A stretch of 64,000 bases of DNA from an uncultured Prevotellaceae bacterium (GCA_900315455.1 OMZE01000007.1:46447-110446); one strand, 5' to 3'. Shown: positions 50,284 to 61,061, counted from the stretch's first letter. Notes: generated by a model not told the origin, from the sequence alone. Numbers and translations: made by a program.

Positions 50284-50928
50284 ATGAGAAAACTGCTTCA
50301 CACCATTGCCATCCTCGCTATAGCACTACTTGCAGCCTGTGCGGAAGAGAAGGAGCACATCGCTCCAGCCATCAATCCGCGCGACTCGGTGGCTGTGATG
50401 GTGTCGTATGGGGTCAACACGCTCATCTCCGACTCGGGCGTCATCAAATACCGCATCGTGGCAGAACAATGGGAGGTGAACCAGCAGAGACAGCCTTCGA
50501 GGTGGATTTTCGAGAAAGGACTCTTGCTCGAAAATTTCGACCTGGCCATGCACGTGCTGTCGTTCATACAGTGCGACACGGCCTACTACTATGACGTGGA
50601 ACGGCTGTGGGAACTGCATGGCAGGGTAAGGATTCTTACCAAAAACGGACTCCGGTTCAGCAGCGAGGAACTGTTCTGGGATGAGAACAGACATGAAATC
50701 TATTCCAATAAGTTCTCACACCTCATCACTCCCGACAAGGAGTTGCAGGGCAACCGGTTCAGGAGCGACGAGAAGATGACAAAATACTCGGTGAGAAATA
50801 CCAAAGGGTATTTTGACAGAAAGGAAATAGACAAGTCGGATGAAAAAAAGACAAAACCGCAAACCGACTCGGCGAGGACTCAGGGTCGACGGCCTGCCTC
50901 GCCGCGTAGGGTCAGCCAAGGGGACTGA
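50284..50928 (+). CDS. lptC: LPS export periplasmic protein LptC
   Basis: Lipobox LAAC, SDSG, SEELFWD; conserved synteny with the hemolysin gene. Confidence 0.85.
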   Translation: MRKLLHTIAILAIALLAACAEEKEHIAPAINPRDSVAVMVSYGVNTLISDSGVIKYRIVAEQWEVNQQRQPSRWIFEKGLLLENFDLAMHVLSFIQCDTAYYYDVERLWELHGRVRILTKNGLRFSSEELFWDENRHEIYSNKFSHLITPDKELQGNRFRSDEKMTKYSVRNTKGYFDRKEIDKSDEKKTKPQTDSARTQGRRPASPRRVSQGD

Positions 50929-50968
50929 AATCCCGAAGTTTTAACGATTGCGAAACTTGAAATAAAAT

Positions 50969-52228
50969 ATGGACTGGCAATTAATTCTGGGCATCCTCGT
51001 CACTATGGTATTCTCTGCCTTTTTCTCGGGCATGGAAATAGCATTCGTCGCCAGCAACAGAATGCTTGCCGAGATGGACAAGGAGAAAAACCAACTCTCG
51101 CAGTGGTGCATTTCACTGTTCTACAAACACCCCAATGACTTCGTCAGCACGATGCTTGTGGGAAACAACATCTCACTCGTGGTCTATGGCATCCTCATCG
51201 CACGACTCTTCGATGCCACCATCTTCAAGGGGATGAGCGCGGGCATCACCGTGCCTGCCGACACTATCCTCTCCACGATTATCGTACTCTTTACTGGAGA
51301 GTTCCTGCCGAAGACTCTCTTCAAGAACCTACCCAACAAATTCCTCACCATCTTTGCCGTACCTGCCTATCTCTGCTATATACTGTTATGGCCCATATCC
51401 AAGTTTGCCACATTCCTCTCACGGGTGCTCATGCGTATCGTGGGGGTGAAAATTGACAAGCAGCAAGAAGAGGAGGTCTTCTCCAAAGTCGACCTCGACT
51501 ATCTGGTACAGTCGAGCATTGACAATGCAGAGAATGATGACGAAATCAACGAGGAGGTGAAGATATTCCAGAATGCCCTCGATTTCTCCGAGACAAAGGT
51601 GCGCGACTGCATGGTGCCGAGAACGGAAATTGATGCCGTTCCTGAAGATTGCGACATCATGCATCTCAACCAGAAATTCATCGAAAGCGGACACTCTAAA
51701 ATCGTTGTGTATAAAGAAGATATCGACCACGTCATCGGATATATACATTCCTCGGAGATGTTCAGAAAACCCGACGACTGGAGAAAAGACATACGCACGA
51801 TGCCTTTTGTGCCCGAAACCATGTCGGCACAGAAAATGATGCAGATCTTCCTTCAGCAGAAGAAAAGCCTCGGGGTGGTGGTAGATGAGTTTGGTGGTAC
51901 CAGTGGCGTCGTTTCACTCGAAGACATCGTGGAGGAGATTTTCGGAGATATCGAAGACGAACACGACAGTGTGAACTATGTGGCCAAGAAAACAGCCGAG
52001 GGAGAGTACTTACTCTCCGCCCGTCTGGAAATCGACAAGGTGAACGAGATGTTCGGACTCGAACTGCCCGAAAGCGACGAATATATGACCGTCGGCGGAC
52101 TTATCCTGCACGAATACCAGAGTTTCCCCAAACTCAATGAAGTGGTGCGAATCGGCCAATTCCAGTTCAAAATCATCAAGAATACGATGACAAAAATCGA
52201 ACTCGTGAAATTATTTGTGGGGAAATGA
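50969..52228 (+). CDS. Hemolysin/CNNM family protein (DUF21-CBS-CorC)
   Basis: SAFFSGMEIA, GEFLPK, MVPRTEI, VDEFGGTSG. Confidence 0.93.
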   Translation: MDWQLILGILVTMVFSAFFSGMEIAFVASNRMLAEMDKEKNQLSQWCISLFYKHPNDFVSTMLVGNNISLVVYGILIARLFDATIFKGMSAGITVPADTILSTIIVLFTGEFLPKTLFKNLPNKFLTIFAVPAYLCYILLWPISKFATFLSRVLMRIVGVKIDKQQEEEVFSKVDLDYLVQSSIDNAENDDEINEEVKIFQNALDFSETKVRDCMVPRTEIDAVPEDCDIMHLNQKFIESGHSKIVVYKEDIDHVIGYIHSSEMFRKPDDWRKDIRTMPFVPETMSAQKMMQIFLQQKKSLGVVVDEFGGTSGVVSLEDIVEEIFGDIEDEHDSVNYVAKKTAEGEYLLSARLEIDKVNEMFGLELPESDEYMTVGGLILHEYQSFPKLNEVVRIGQFQFKIIKNTMTKIELVKLFVGK

Positions 52229-52377
52229 GTAATTTTGAAGCCGAAAATTCGCCCGTTTCCTAATTTCTTCGTAACTTTGTGCGCATTTTGCGATAAAGGG
52301 GCTTGGAGAGCCTCAGATAGAATGGAAATGCATTGATTTATAGAGAGAATACAATTAAAGAACAATAACAAACAGTA

Positions 52378-54519
52378 ATGGCAGCATTAGGAAAAATCAG
52401 AAGCAAAGGCACATTCCTGATTATCATTATCGGACTTGGCCTTTTTGGATTCATTGCCGGCGATATGTTCCGCTCCTGTGAGTCAACAGGACGGGAACGA
52501 AGCAATCGCGTCGGTGAAATCTTGGGAGAGAAAATCGGAGCACAGGATTACCAGGCTTACGTCGAGGAATTCGTGGAGTGTACCAAAATCACTGCGCCTC
52601 AAGCCAATGACGACCAACTCAGGTCGATGGCTTGGAACAGTTTCTTGCAGAACAAGATTTTGGAGAACGAGGCCAACAAATTGGGTATCACTGTGACCAT
52701 TGATGAGTTGAATGACGTGATGAAGCAGGGCACTCACAATGTGCTCATGGAAATGGCCAATGTCACCGGTTTCGTCAACCAGCAGACAGGTAGGTTCGAC
52801 TTCAACGCCTATCAGAAGTTCATCAGCGAGTATAAGACACAGCGCAATGCCAATCCACAACTGGCTGAGCAATACGATAAAATCCACAAGTTCGTGCTCT
52901 TCAAGGAGAGACAACTCAGAGAACAACTGCTCGCCGAGAAGTATCAGACTCTTCTCGCAGCATGTGTGCTCTCCAACCCCATAGAGGCAAAATTCAACTT
53001 CGACGCTTCCAACCAGGAGAGCGACATCGAATTGGCTTACTTCGACTTCAAGTCGGTTAACGACAAGGATGTGAAGATTACAGAAGATGACCTGAAGAAC
53101 AAATACAACGAGAAGAAGGAGATGTTCCGTATTCCTGAGGAAATCAGGAGCATCAAGTACATCCTCGTGAAGAAAGTGGCATCGGCCGCCGACCGTGCCA
53201 AACTCAACAGCGATCTCACTAAGTTTGCTGAACAGTTGAGAGGTGGCGCTTCACCCGAGACGGTGGTGAGAGAGAGCCGTTCGAATGTGGCTTATCTGGG
53301 CGTGCCCGTGAAGAAGACTGCATTCTCCAACGACATCGCCTCACGCCTCGACTCCGTGGCAGTGGGTGGCGTGCTCGGTCCCGTGGAGAGCACGGTTGAC
53401 AATACACTCAACGTCATCAAGGTCATTGCCAAGAACACTCTTCCCGACTCTGTAGAGTATCGTGCCATCTATGTACAGGGCAAGAACAACGAAGAAACCA
53501 AGACCAAGGCCGACAGTGTGTACAATGCTGTGGTGGGTGGCGGCGACTTCGAGGCTATTGCCAAGAAATATGCCCAGAATGGCGCAAAGAACTGGATGAC
53601 TACCGCACAGTATGAGCGTGCCACCAGTATGTCGAAGGATGACGCTACTTTCATCAACACCCTCAACAACCTGGGTGTCAACGAAACCAAGAACCTGCCT
53701 CTTGCTCAGGGAAATGTCATCATTCAGGTGACCAACCGCAAGAATATGGTCGACAAGTATGATGTGGCAGTGGTGAAGCGCGATATCACCTATTCGGATG
53801 AGACCTCTCACGCCACCAGCGACAAGTTCAAGCAGTTCGTGGCTGCCAACCAGAGTCTGGAGGCTATGGAGAAGAACGCCAAGAAAGCAGGATATGATAT
53901 TCTGGAGGCCAAAAACGTACTCACCTCTCAGGGTTCCATCCCCGGCATCACCAATTCGCGTGATGCGCTGAAGTGGGTGTTTGAGGCCGACAAGAACGAT
54001 GTCTCCGAGGTCATCACCTGTGGTGCCAACCGTGACGAAATGGTAGTCATGGTGCTTACCGACATCTATCCGAAAGGATATATGCCTCTCGAAAACAGCG
54101 AAATCAAGGAATACGTGCAGAATGAGGTGCTCAAAGACAAGAAATCGAAGATGCTCCTTGAGAAACTCAATGGCGTGAAGAGTGTTGCCGAGGCAAAGGC
54201 CAAGGGCGCTCAGACCACAGAGGTGACACAGATCACCTTCGCATCACCTTCCTTCGTCTCTGCCCTCCAGGCAAGGGAGCCGGCGCTCAGTGGTGCTGTC
54301 GCTGCTACCGAGAAGGGTAAGTTCTCTGCAAGACCTGTTGTGGGCAACGCTGGTGTGTATGTCTTCCAAGTGAAAGACCGCAGGACACTCGACGGGAAGT
54401 TCGATGCCAAGGAGTCGGCTACAAGGACCGCTCAGAGTTACATGCAGTCGCTCAGGTCGATGATGCAGGAATTGTATATCAATGCAAATGTAGTTGACAA
54501 TAGATACCTCTTCTTCTAA
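52378..54519 (+). CDS. PpiD/SurA-N-domain periplasmic chaperone / PPIase
   Basis: MAALGKIRSK plus N-terminal TM, GDFEAIAKKY rotamase-like motif, DNRYLFF end. Confidence 0.88.
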   Translation: MAALGKIRSKGTFLIIIIGLGLFGFIAGDMFRSCESTGRERSNRVGEILGEKIGAQDYQAYVEEFVECTKITAPQANDDQLRSMAWNSFLQNKILENEANKLGITVTIDELNDVMKQGTHNVLMEMANVTGFVNQQTGRFDFNAYQKFISEYKTQRNANPQLAEQYDKIHKFVLFKERQLREQLLAEKYQTLLAACVLSNPIEAKFNFDASNQESDIELAYFDFKSVNDKDVKITEDDLKNKYNEKKEMFRIPEEIRSIKYILVKKVASAADRAKLNSDLTKFAEQLRGGASPETVVRESRSNVAYLGVPVKKTAFSNDIASRLDSVAVGGVLGPVESTVDNTLNVIKVIAKNTLPDSVEYRAIYVQGKNNEETKTKADSVYNAVVGGGDFEAIAKKYAQNGAKNWMTTAQYERATSMSKDDATFINTLNNLGVNETKNLPLAQGNVIIQVTNRKNMVDKYDVAVVKRDITYSDETSHATSDKFKQFVAANQSLEAMEKNAKKAGYDILEAKNVLTSQGSIPGITNSRDALKWVFEADKNDVSEVITCGANRDEMVVMVLTDIYPKGYMPLENSEIKEYVQNEVLKDKKSKMLLEKLNGVKSVAEAKAKGAQTTEVTQITFASPSFVSALQAREPALSGAVAATEKGKFSARPVVGNAGVYVFQVKDRRTLDGKFDAKESATRTAQSYMQSLRSMMQELYINANVVDNRYLFF

Positions 54520-54538
54520 GAGATGTCTCACAATAAGG

Positions 54539-54571
54539 AAAAGAGGGCTTCCCAAAAGGAAACCCTCTTTT
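54539..54571 (+). terminator. Intrinsic terminator
   Basis: AAAAGAGGG...CCCTCTTTT inverted repeat. Confidence 0.75.
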
Positions 54572-54598
54572 GCTGAATAAACAGATAAACTATTCAAA

Positions 54599-56128
54599 AT
54601 GAAGAGATTTGCAGAATGGGGCCTTGTCGCCCTCTACACCTTGTTGCTTGCTTCTTGTGCTACCGAATCGGTGGTCCCCACCGCTTCCTCTCCAGAGAAA
54701 AGGGAGTTCAGGGGGGCATGGATACAGTGTGTCAACGGCCAGTTTGAGGGTATGCCTACCGACCAGATGAAAAAAACGCTGTCCTATCAACTCGACGAGT
54801 TATGGCGCGACGGGGTGAATGCCATCATCTTCCAGGTCAGGCCAGAGTGTGACGCACTCTATCAGAGCAGCATAGAACCTTGGAGCAGATTCCTCACAGG
54901 ACAGCAGGGTAGGGCGCCACAGCCTTACTGGGATCCTTTGCAGTGGATGATTGACGAGTGCCATAAAAGGGGCATGGAATTGCATGCGTGGATCAACCCA
55001 TACCGTGCAAGGACGAAAACCACCCAGTTGCTGGCTTCCAACCATATCGCGTCGCTTCGGCCCGACTTGGTGTTCGAATACGATGGGCTGCTCATCCTCA
55101 ATCCGGGTATCCAAGAGAATAGGGAGTATATCTGCAAGGTGGTGGATGATATCGTGGCAAGGTATGATGTCGACGGACTGCATATCGACGACTATTTCTA
55201 CCCTTATCCAGTAGCAGGGAAGGAGATTCCCGATAGGGCACAGTTTGAACAGTATGGAAGAGGCTTCCGCAATGTTGCCGACTGGCGCCGTGACAATGTG
55301 AATGAATTTGTGGAGGAATTGTCGAAGACCATCCATAAACGCAAGCCGTGGGTGAAGTTCGGCGTGTCTCCCTTCGGCATTTACCGCAATGAGCGGAGTG
55401 CCCCAGGCGTGGGAAGCAAGACCAACGGCACGCAGAACTACGACGACCTCTATGCCGATGTGCTCTTGTGGGTGAACAATGGATTGATAGACTACTGTGT
55501 GCCGCAACTTTATTGGGAGATAGGCCATAAGGCGGCGGACTATGCCACGCTCATCAAGTGGTGGGACAAACATGCCTCCAAACGTCCGCTGTATATCGGC
55601 GAGGATGTGGAAAGGACTGTAAAATACCCCGACCCCGACAATCCCAATGCCCATCAGATGGGTGCGAAGTTCAAGTTGCACAAGGAGTCGCCCAACGTCA
55701 ACGGCACAGTGCTGTGGTATGCCAAGGCGGCTGTCGACAATGTGGGCAACTATGGCACCAACCTGCGTAATATTTTCTGGAGATGCAGGGCACTCCAGCC
55801 ACTGATGCCTTTCATCGACGACAAGGCTCCCGGCAATCCCAAGAAGGTGAAAGTGGTGAAGACCAATGACGGAGAGGTGCTCTTCTGGACGGCTCCCAAA
55901 GGCAGCAGTTGGAAAGACAAGGCGGTGAAATATGTGGTTTACCGCTTCGAAGAGAAAGAGGATATCGATTTGTCTGACCCCTCAAAGGTCGTTTCCATCA
56001 CAGCCAATAATTATTACAGATTGCCAGCAGCGGAAGGAAAAGGAAAAACCAAATCTGTATATGTGGTAACTGCCCTCGACAGAATGAGCAACGAAAGCAA
56101 AGGGGTGGTGAAGAAAGTGAAATATTAA
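54599..56128 (+). CDS. GHL10 (DUF187/YddW-like) glycoside hydrolase lipoprotein
   Basis: Lipobox LASC, REFRGAWI, FQVRP, ELHAWINPYR, DGLHIDDYFYPY. Confidence 0.9.
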   Translation: MKRFAEWGLVALYTLLLASCATESVVPTASSPEKREFRGAWIQCVNGQFEGMPTDQMKKTLSYQLDELWRDGVNAIIFQVRPECDALYQSSIEPWSRFLTGQQGRAPQPYWDPLQWMIDECHKRGMELHAWINPYRARTKTTQLLASNHIASLRPDLVFEYDGLLILNPGIQENREYICKVVDDIVARYDVDGLHIDDYFYPYPVAGKEIPDRAQFEQYGRGFRNVADWRRDNVNEFVEELSKTIHKRKPWVKFGVSPFGIYRNERSAPGVGSKTNGTQNYDDLYADVLLWVNNGLIDYCVPQLYWEIGHKAADYATLIKWWDKHASKRPLYIGEDVERTVKYPDPDNPNAHQMGAKFKLHKESPNVNGTVLWYAKAAVDNVGNYGTNLRNIFWRCRALQPLMPFIDDKAPGNPKKVKVVKTNDGEVLFWTAPKGSSWKDKAVKYVVYRFEEKEDIDLSDPSKVVSITANNYYRLPAAEGKGKTKSVYVVTALDRMSNESKGVVKKVKY

Positions 56129-56150
56129 GACTATCACATACATCCAAAGC

Positions 56151-56182
56151 AGCGGGAGGCTCACTTTTGTGAGCCTCCCGCT
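56151..56182. terminator. Hairpin between convergent genes
   Basis: AGCGGGAGGCTCAC-tttt-GTGAGCCTCCCGCT perfect 14-bp stem. Confidence 0.75.
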
Positions 56183-56204
56183 ATCTTAGTATGGTCGTAG
56201 AATA

Positions 56205-56239
56205 AATCCTCAATCCTCAAACCTCAAACCTCAAACCTT
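56205..56239. repeat. 7-bp tandem repeat (AAWCCTC, 5 units)
   Basis: aatcctc aatcctc aaacctc aaacctc aaacctt; reverse complement of the 4806 unit. Confidence 0.8.
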
Positions 56240-56242
56240 AAA

Positions 56243-56683
56243 TCACTCCTTCATCAGTTTCTCAAAGAATGAGTCGAGGTCTTTGTCGAGCCCGTCCATC
56301 AAATCACCGGTGATGATAATGGTGTCGTCATCGGCAATATACAACTCGGCGATACTTTCCTTCTCATCGTTCTCTAGCACGAAACTGAAGGGCTTCAGAA
56401 TGCCCATCTTGTCCACCAGTTTGCCATGACGTTTCAACACCTGACGGAGGATGTTGGTGGCATGCTCGTAGAAATCGGCATCCTTGTTCTCTATCCAGTC
56501 GTTGATGACACACCTTGTTATCTCTTCGTCATCGTCGTCGTAGGCCAGAATCTCCCCACTGTCTTGATAGACACGTAGGTGGATATCGGTAAGACGTGTG
56601 GGGTCTTCTTCCTCAGGGAACTTTTGTGCAATCTTCTTGATCAGCCGTTCTATCTGCTGGATGGTTTGCTCGGATGCCTTCAT
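56243..56683 (-). CDS. Acidic hypothetical protein
   Basis: 146-aa ORF co-oriented behind dnaN and the exonuclease gene. Confidence 0.8.
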   Translation of the reverse strand: MKASEQTIQQIERLIKKIAQKFPEEEDPTRLTDIHLRVYQDSGEILAYDDDDEEITRCVINDWIENKDADFYEHATNILRQVLKRHGKLVDKMGILKPFSFVLENDEKESIAELYIADDDTIIITGDLMDGLDKDLDSFFEKLMKE

Positions 56684-56707
56684 CTTATTGGTTTTTGGTT
56701 TGTCGTC

Positions 56708-57537
56708 TTAATGGTTGCTGAACTCACGCAGACGTATGCGAGTGAGCACTTGCTTCGTGTTGTAGGTGAAATCTCCATTCAGTATCCAACCATAATAGCC
56801 AGGGTCTCTGCGTAATACCTCGGCAACAGAAATACCTTTGTATTTGCCAAAGTTGAACACTTCTTGACGCACCTTCTCACCGGCAGCATTCACCGTTTCC
56901 TTCCAGATGATGCGGCCAGCGAAATCCACGTTGTTATTGGTCTTCGAGAACTCGGCCAATGCTTCTATATCGTTCACCAACTGCCGGTCGGCAGACTCCT
57001 GACGCTCGGGACTGTACATGTCGAGTTGCCCTTGCAGTACACGGTAAGTGGCTTCGGTGTCGTTGTCGGCTTGATGAGGGGGAAATCATCCTTCATCTTC
57101 CTACCGCAATAGAATTCGTAGGCTGCCTCGAGGTTGCGCCGCTCCATCTTGTGGAAGATGGTCTGGACGTCAATCAGCCGACATTTGGAGAAGTCGAAGT
57201 CGATACCGGCTTTCAGGAATTCCTCTGCCAACAGGGGAACATCGAAATGGTTGGAGTTGAAACCGGCGATGTCACACCCGTCGAAAACCGACAGCAACTG
57301 CGATGACAATTCCTTGAAAGTGGGCTGGCCGGCTACCATCTCATCGCTGATACCCGTGATGGCTGTCACCTCCTTCGGAATCTTCACTCCAGGATTGATG
57401 AACAGACTTTTTCTTTCCTCTTTCCCGTTGGGATATACCTTGATATAGGCTATCTGGATAATCTTGTCTTTAACAAGATCAAGTCCCGTGGTTTCCAGGT
57501 CGAAGATAATCAGGGGCTTCTTCAGATTCAGTTTCAT
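56708..57537 (-). pseudogene. DEDDh 3'-5' exonuclease (DnaQ-like) with a 1-base frameshift at 57078-57082
   Basis: FDLETTG and GFNSNHFD in one frame; HQADNDTEAT and FNFGKYKG in another. Confidence 0.85.
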
Positions 57538-57555
57538 ATCTTCAGACAGAAGGTC

Positions 57556-58680
57556 TTATTCGTTAAGCAGCATGGGCATGATGAGCATGAGCACCTCTTC
57601 CTGGTCGGGCTGTTCCGCAGGAACCACCACGCCGGCACGGCTGGGGTCGGCCAACTCCACGATGACCTCTTCTCCTTCCAAGTTGGTGAGAATCTCCGAC
57701 AGCGACGAGCCCTTGAAACCAATCGACATGTTCATTCCCTCATATTCGCACGTGATTTTCTCCTTGGCACTTGTAGCGAAGTCGATGTCTTCCGAAGATA
57801 CTTCTATCTGACCTTGGGTTACGACGAACTTCACCAGTTGACTGCTCTCGCTGGCGAAAGGCATCACACGGCGCAGTGTGCTGATAAGGGTCTTGCGACC
57901 AATGCGTATCTGGTTGGGGTTGTCCTGGGGAATCACAGAGTTGTAGTTGGGATAACGGCCTTCTATCAGTCGGCAAATCAGCACACCGTCAGCAAAGTTG
58001 ATCATCGCATTGCGGTCGTTGAACTGTATCACCACGTCGCCACCATCCTTGGAAAGCACCGACTTCAGCAGGGTAGCGGGCTTCTTGGGAAGGATGAATG
58101 AGGCGTTGCCCTCTCCGCGAACAGAGAAGTTACGGTTGCGCACCAACTTGCTTCCGTCGCTGGCCACTATGGCAGTGAATTCCGGGGTGATGTCGAAATA
58201 GATGCCATTCATCACCGGACGAAGTTCCTCGCTCGCGGTGGCAAAGAGCGTGCGGCTGATATTGGCCAACAGCACACCACTGTCGAAGGTAATCCGTGTG
58301 ACGTTGGTGGGAAGTGGCTGTGTCTGGGGATACTCTTCCGCATTTTGTACCGTGAAGTTGTACATTCCGTTCTGGTAATATACTTTCACCACGAGTTTGT
58401 CGGTATCAACGTCAAACGACAGGGGCTGCTCGGGCAACTCACGCACAGCATCGAGGATGGTTTGTGAACTGACAGCGAAACTGCCGTTGCCGTCGGTCTC
58501 GTCGAGTTGGCATGTGGCTTTCATCACGTTCTCACTGTCAGAGGCGGTGATGATCAGTTGGCCGTCGCGAACTTCGAACAAGAAACATTCCAGAATGGCA
58601 ATGGCATTCTTGTTGGTGATGACCTTAGAGAGCGTCGAAAGATGGCTGCTCAGAGTGGTGCTCGATAGGGTAAATCTCAT
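57556..58680 (-). CDS. dnaN: DNA polymerase III beta clamp
   Basis: LRPVMNGI, VASDG.KL, LIEGRYPNY, LIMPM. Confidence 0.97.
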   Translation of the reverse strand: MRFTLSSTTLSSHLSTLSKVITNKNAIAILECFLFEVRDGQLIITASDSENVMKATCQLDETDGNGSFAVSSQTILDAVRELPEQPLSFDVDTDKLVVKVYYQNGMYNFTVQNAEEYPQTQPLPTNVTRITFDSGVLLANISRTLFATASEELRPVMNGIYFDITPEFTAIVASDGSKLVRNRNFSVRGEGNASFILPKKPATLLKSVLSKDGGDVVIQFNDRNAMINFADGVLICRLIEGRYPNYNSVIPQDNPNQIRIGRKTLISTLRRVMPFASESSQLVKFVVTQGQIEVSSEDIDFATSAKEKITCEYEGMNMSIGFKGSSLSEILTNLEGEEVIVELADPSRAGVVVPAEQPDQEEVLMLIMPMLLNE

Positions 58681-58898
58681 AGTTATATGATTTTAGTTGT
58701 TATTGTTCTGACCAATAGATGGCAATATGCTTGATAGCAAACAGGATAATCGGATTAGTGACTACAAAAATACAAAAATCCCTCCACATGACAAAAAAAT
58801 AGTGCAAAAGTTTCTCGCGGTACGCCATTTTTTTATTAAATTTGCATTCGATTTAGATTGAGCAAATTTTCAACATATCTTATATATTAGCAATTATT

Positions 58899-59309
58899 AT
58901 GGAATTACAAGGAAAAATCATACAGGCGCTCCCTGTGAAGACGGGTACCTCGGCAAGAGGTGAATGGAAAGTTCAGGAATTCGTGCTCGAGACACTCGAT
59001 GCTCAGTATCCCCGAAGAATGGTCTTCTCGGTCTTCGGTGAAGACAGGCTTCAGCGTTTCAATATTCAGGTAGGACAGGATGTGAACGTGTCGTTCGACA
59101 TCGATGCTCATGAGTATCAAGGCAGATGGTTCAACAGCATCCGTGCTTTTGATGTGCGTCCCGTGGTGCCCAATGTTCAGGCTCCTACCGACACCCCCCC
59201 GTTCGTGTCGGCTGCTCCTGCCAATCCCATTCCTCCTGCTTCCCCCACTTCATTTACTTCTCCTCAACCAGCCGTCGAAAGCGACGATGCGGGGGATTTA
59301 CCATTCTGA
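58899..59309 (+). CDS. DUF3127 OB-fold protein with SSB-like acidic tail
   Basis: MELQGKII...W..QEFV.ET...YP; ends DDAGDLPF. Confidence 0.85.
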   Translation: MELQGKIIQALPVKTGTSARGEWKVQEFVLETLDAQYPRRMVFSVFGEDRLQRFNIQVGQDVNVSFDIDAHEYQGRWFNSIRAFDVRPVVPNVQAPTDTPPFVSAAPANPIPPASPTSFTSPQPAVESDDAGDLPF

Positions 59310-59339
59310 TGGCCTAAACGGAGAAATCCCATTATCAAA

Positions 59340-59394
59340 CAACGCCCAACGCAGGGATACAGAGTCTTTCTCTATATCCCTGCGTTGGGCGTTG
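59340..59394. repeat. REP-like long hairpin (copy 2) between convergent genes
   Basis: 20-bp perfect arms CAACGCCCAACGCAGGGATA/TATCCCTGCGTTGGGCGTTG. Confidence 0.8.
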
Positions 59395-59411
59395 AATGTA
59401 GGATGTGCCGG

Positions 59412-61061
59412 TTATCGCTTGATAATGAACTGTCCTATATGGAATGATTTCTTCTGGCGGTTCATGACTTTCAGTGAGTACACGCCGTTGGGCAGGCTCC
59501 TGATATTGAGAGTCGGGGTCTTTATGCGGGTCATCAGCACATTGCCCTGCATGCTTTCCACGCAGATGTAGTAGACATCAAGCGTGGGGTCGATAGGAGG
59601 CAGTGACAGTTGGCTGCCGTCGTTTTTCAGCCATTCTACGTTGCTCTTATAAGGTTCCTTGCTCTGCAACGGTGCGCTCTCGTTGCCATATCTGTCAATG
59701 GCGGTAATGGCAAAGAAGTGCTCTCCGTCGTCATTGGCCAAGACCAGTTGGGGGTGCCTGAGGCGTCGCGCTATCAGGTTGCGCCCGTCGGTAACATCAA
59801 CGGGGGATACCTTGCTGGTGTACACATTATACATAATATAAGAGGAACTGCCGCTGGTGTCGGTCCCTCCCCACCATCGTAATACGAGTTTTCCTGCCGT
59901 GGATGTCAAGTTCATCCCCTCCGGACGACTGGGTATGGCGGTCGACTGCCATGTCATGGGTGGGGTGAGCGACGGGTATTGGTCGAACTTATCCTTGGCG
60001 TAGGTGTAGATGCCCTTCAGGTTGTCGGTGAAGAACCGGCTGCGAAAGTAGGTGTGGCCCATTCCGAGACTGCGCAGTACGTTCATCTCGCGCGTGATGT
60101 CCATCAACGACCAGTTGCTTCCTTCGGTGCGCGACATCATCCAGATGCCCAATCCTGGTACCACTGTACGGCCGTAACTGTATTTTGCCCAGTCGATGGC
60201 GAAGGGGTAGAAATTGTCGTCCTTGAAATACATCATCGGATAGAGTTGGTCCATTAGTCCGTCGCGCAACCATCCTTGCGCATCCTGGCACACTGCGTCA
60301 TACGCATTCCAACCCCTGCTGGTGAAGCGGCTCATCTCCCTCGATTTCCCGATGGGGGAGCAACTGATTTTCACCCACGGCTTCAGCGACTTCACCTGAT
60401 GGTTCACTGCCCGTACGATACGTGTGATATGGTCGCGGCCTTGTTGGCGGCTCACGCGAATCTTCCAGTTCTCAGGATAGCGGATATAATCGAGGTGTAT
60501 GCCGTCGACATCATATCTCTCCACAATCTCACGGCATATCTTTCCGATGTATTCAGCAGTCTGGCTCTGCTCGGGGTTCATATACCCCTCGTCACCGATT
60601 TTGTGTATCATTGACGGGTAGCGTTCCCTCAGCCTTTTACAGCCGATGTCGTTCCATTTACCCACAGGGATGGAGACGACCCAGGCATGCAATTCCATGC
60701 CTCGCTTGTGGCATTCGTCGATGGCGAATTGCAGGGGGTCGTAGCCAGGGTTATTCCCTCCCTTTCCCGTGAGACAGGCGTCCCAGGGCTCATAGTTCGA
60801 GGGGTAGATGGTGGTGGCCCGCACGCGTGTCTGCAGGAGGATGGTGTTGACGTTGGAGCGGTGCAGGCGGTCGAGTATGTCGCAGAGTTGGCGCTTTTGC
60901 TGCTCTATTCCTGTTGCCGATGTGGCTTTGGCTTGGGGCCAGTCAAGGCTTTTGATGGTGGTAAGCCATACGGCACGCACCTCGTATTTGGGTATCTGGC
61001 TCCATGATGTTACCGACAGGAGGCAGATGAGGGAAGCCAAAAGCATTCTTCTCAACTTCAT
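59412..61061 (-). CDS. Second GHL10-family glycoside hydrolase with C-terminal extension
   Basis: EVRAVWLTT, LQTRVR, ELHAW, DGIHLDYIRYP; signal peptide (alternative start 61079). Confidence 0.88.
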   Translation of the reverse strand: MKLRRMLLASLICLLSVTSWSQIPKYEVRAVWLTTIKSLDWPQAKATSATGIEQQKRQLCDILDRLHRSNVNTILLQTRVRATTIYPSNYEPWDACLTGKGGNNPGYDPLQFAIDECHKRGMELHAWVVSIPVGKWNDIGCKRLRERYPSMIHKIGDEGYMNPEQSQTAEYIGKICREIVERYDVDGIHLDYIRYPENWKIRVSRQQGRDHITRIVRAVNHQVKSLKPWVKISCSPIGKSREMSRFTSRGWNAYDAVCQDAQGWLRDGLMDQLYPMMYFKDDNFYPFAIDWAKYSYGRTVVPGLGIWMMSRTEGSNWSLMDITREMNVLRSLGMGHTYFRSRFFTDNLKGIYTYAKDKFDQYPSLTPPMTWQSTAIPSRPEGMNLTSTAGKLVLRWWGGTDTSGSSSYIMYNVYTSKVSPVDVTDGRNLIARRLRHPQLVLANDDGEHFFAITAIDRYGNESAPLQSKEPYKSNVEWLKNDGSQLSLPPIDPTLDVYYICVESMQGNVLMTRIKTPTLNIRSLPNGVYSLKVMNRQKKSFHIGQFIIKR

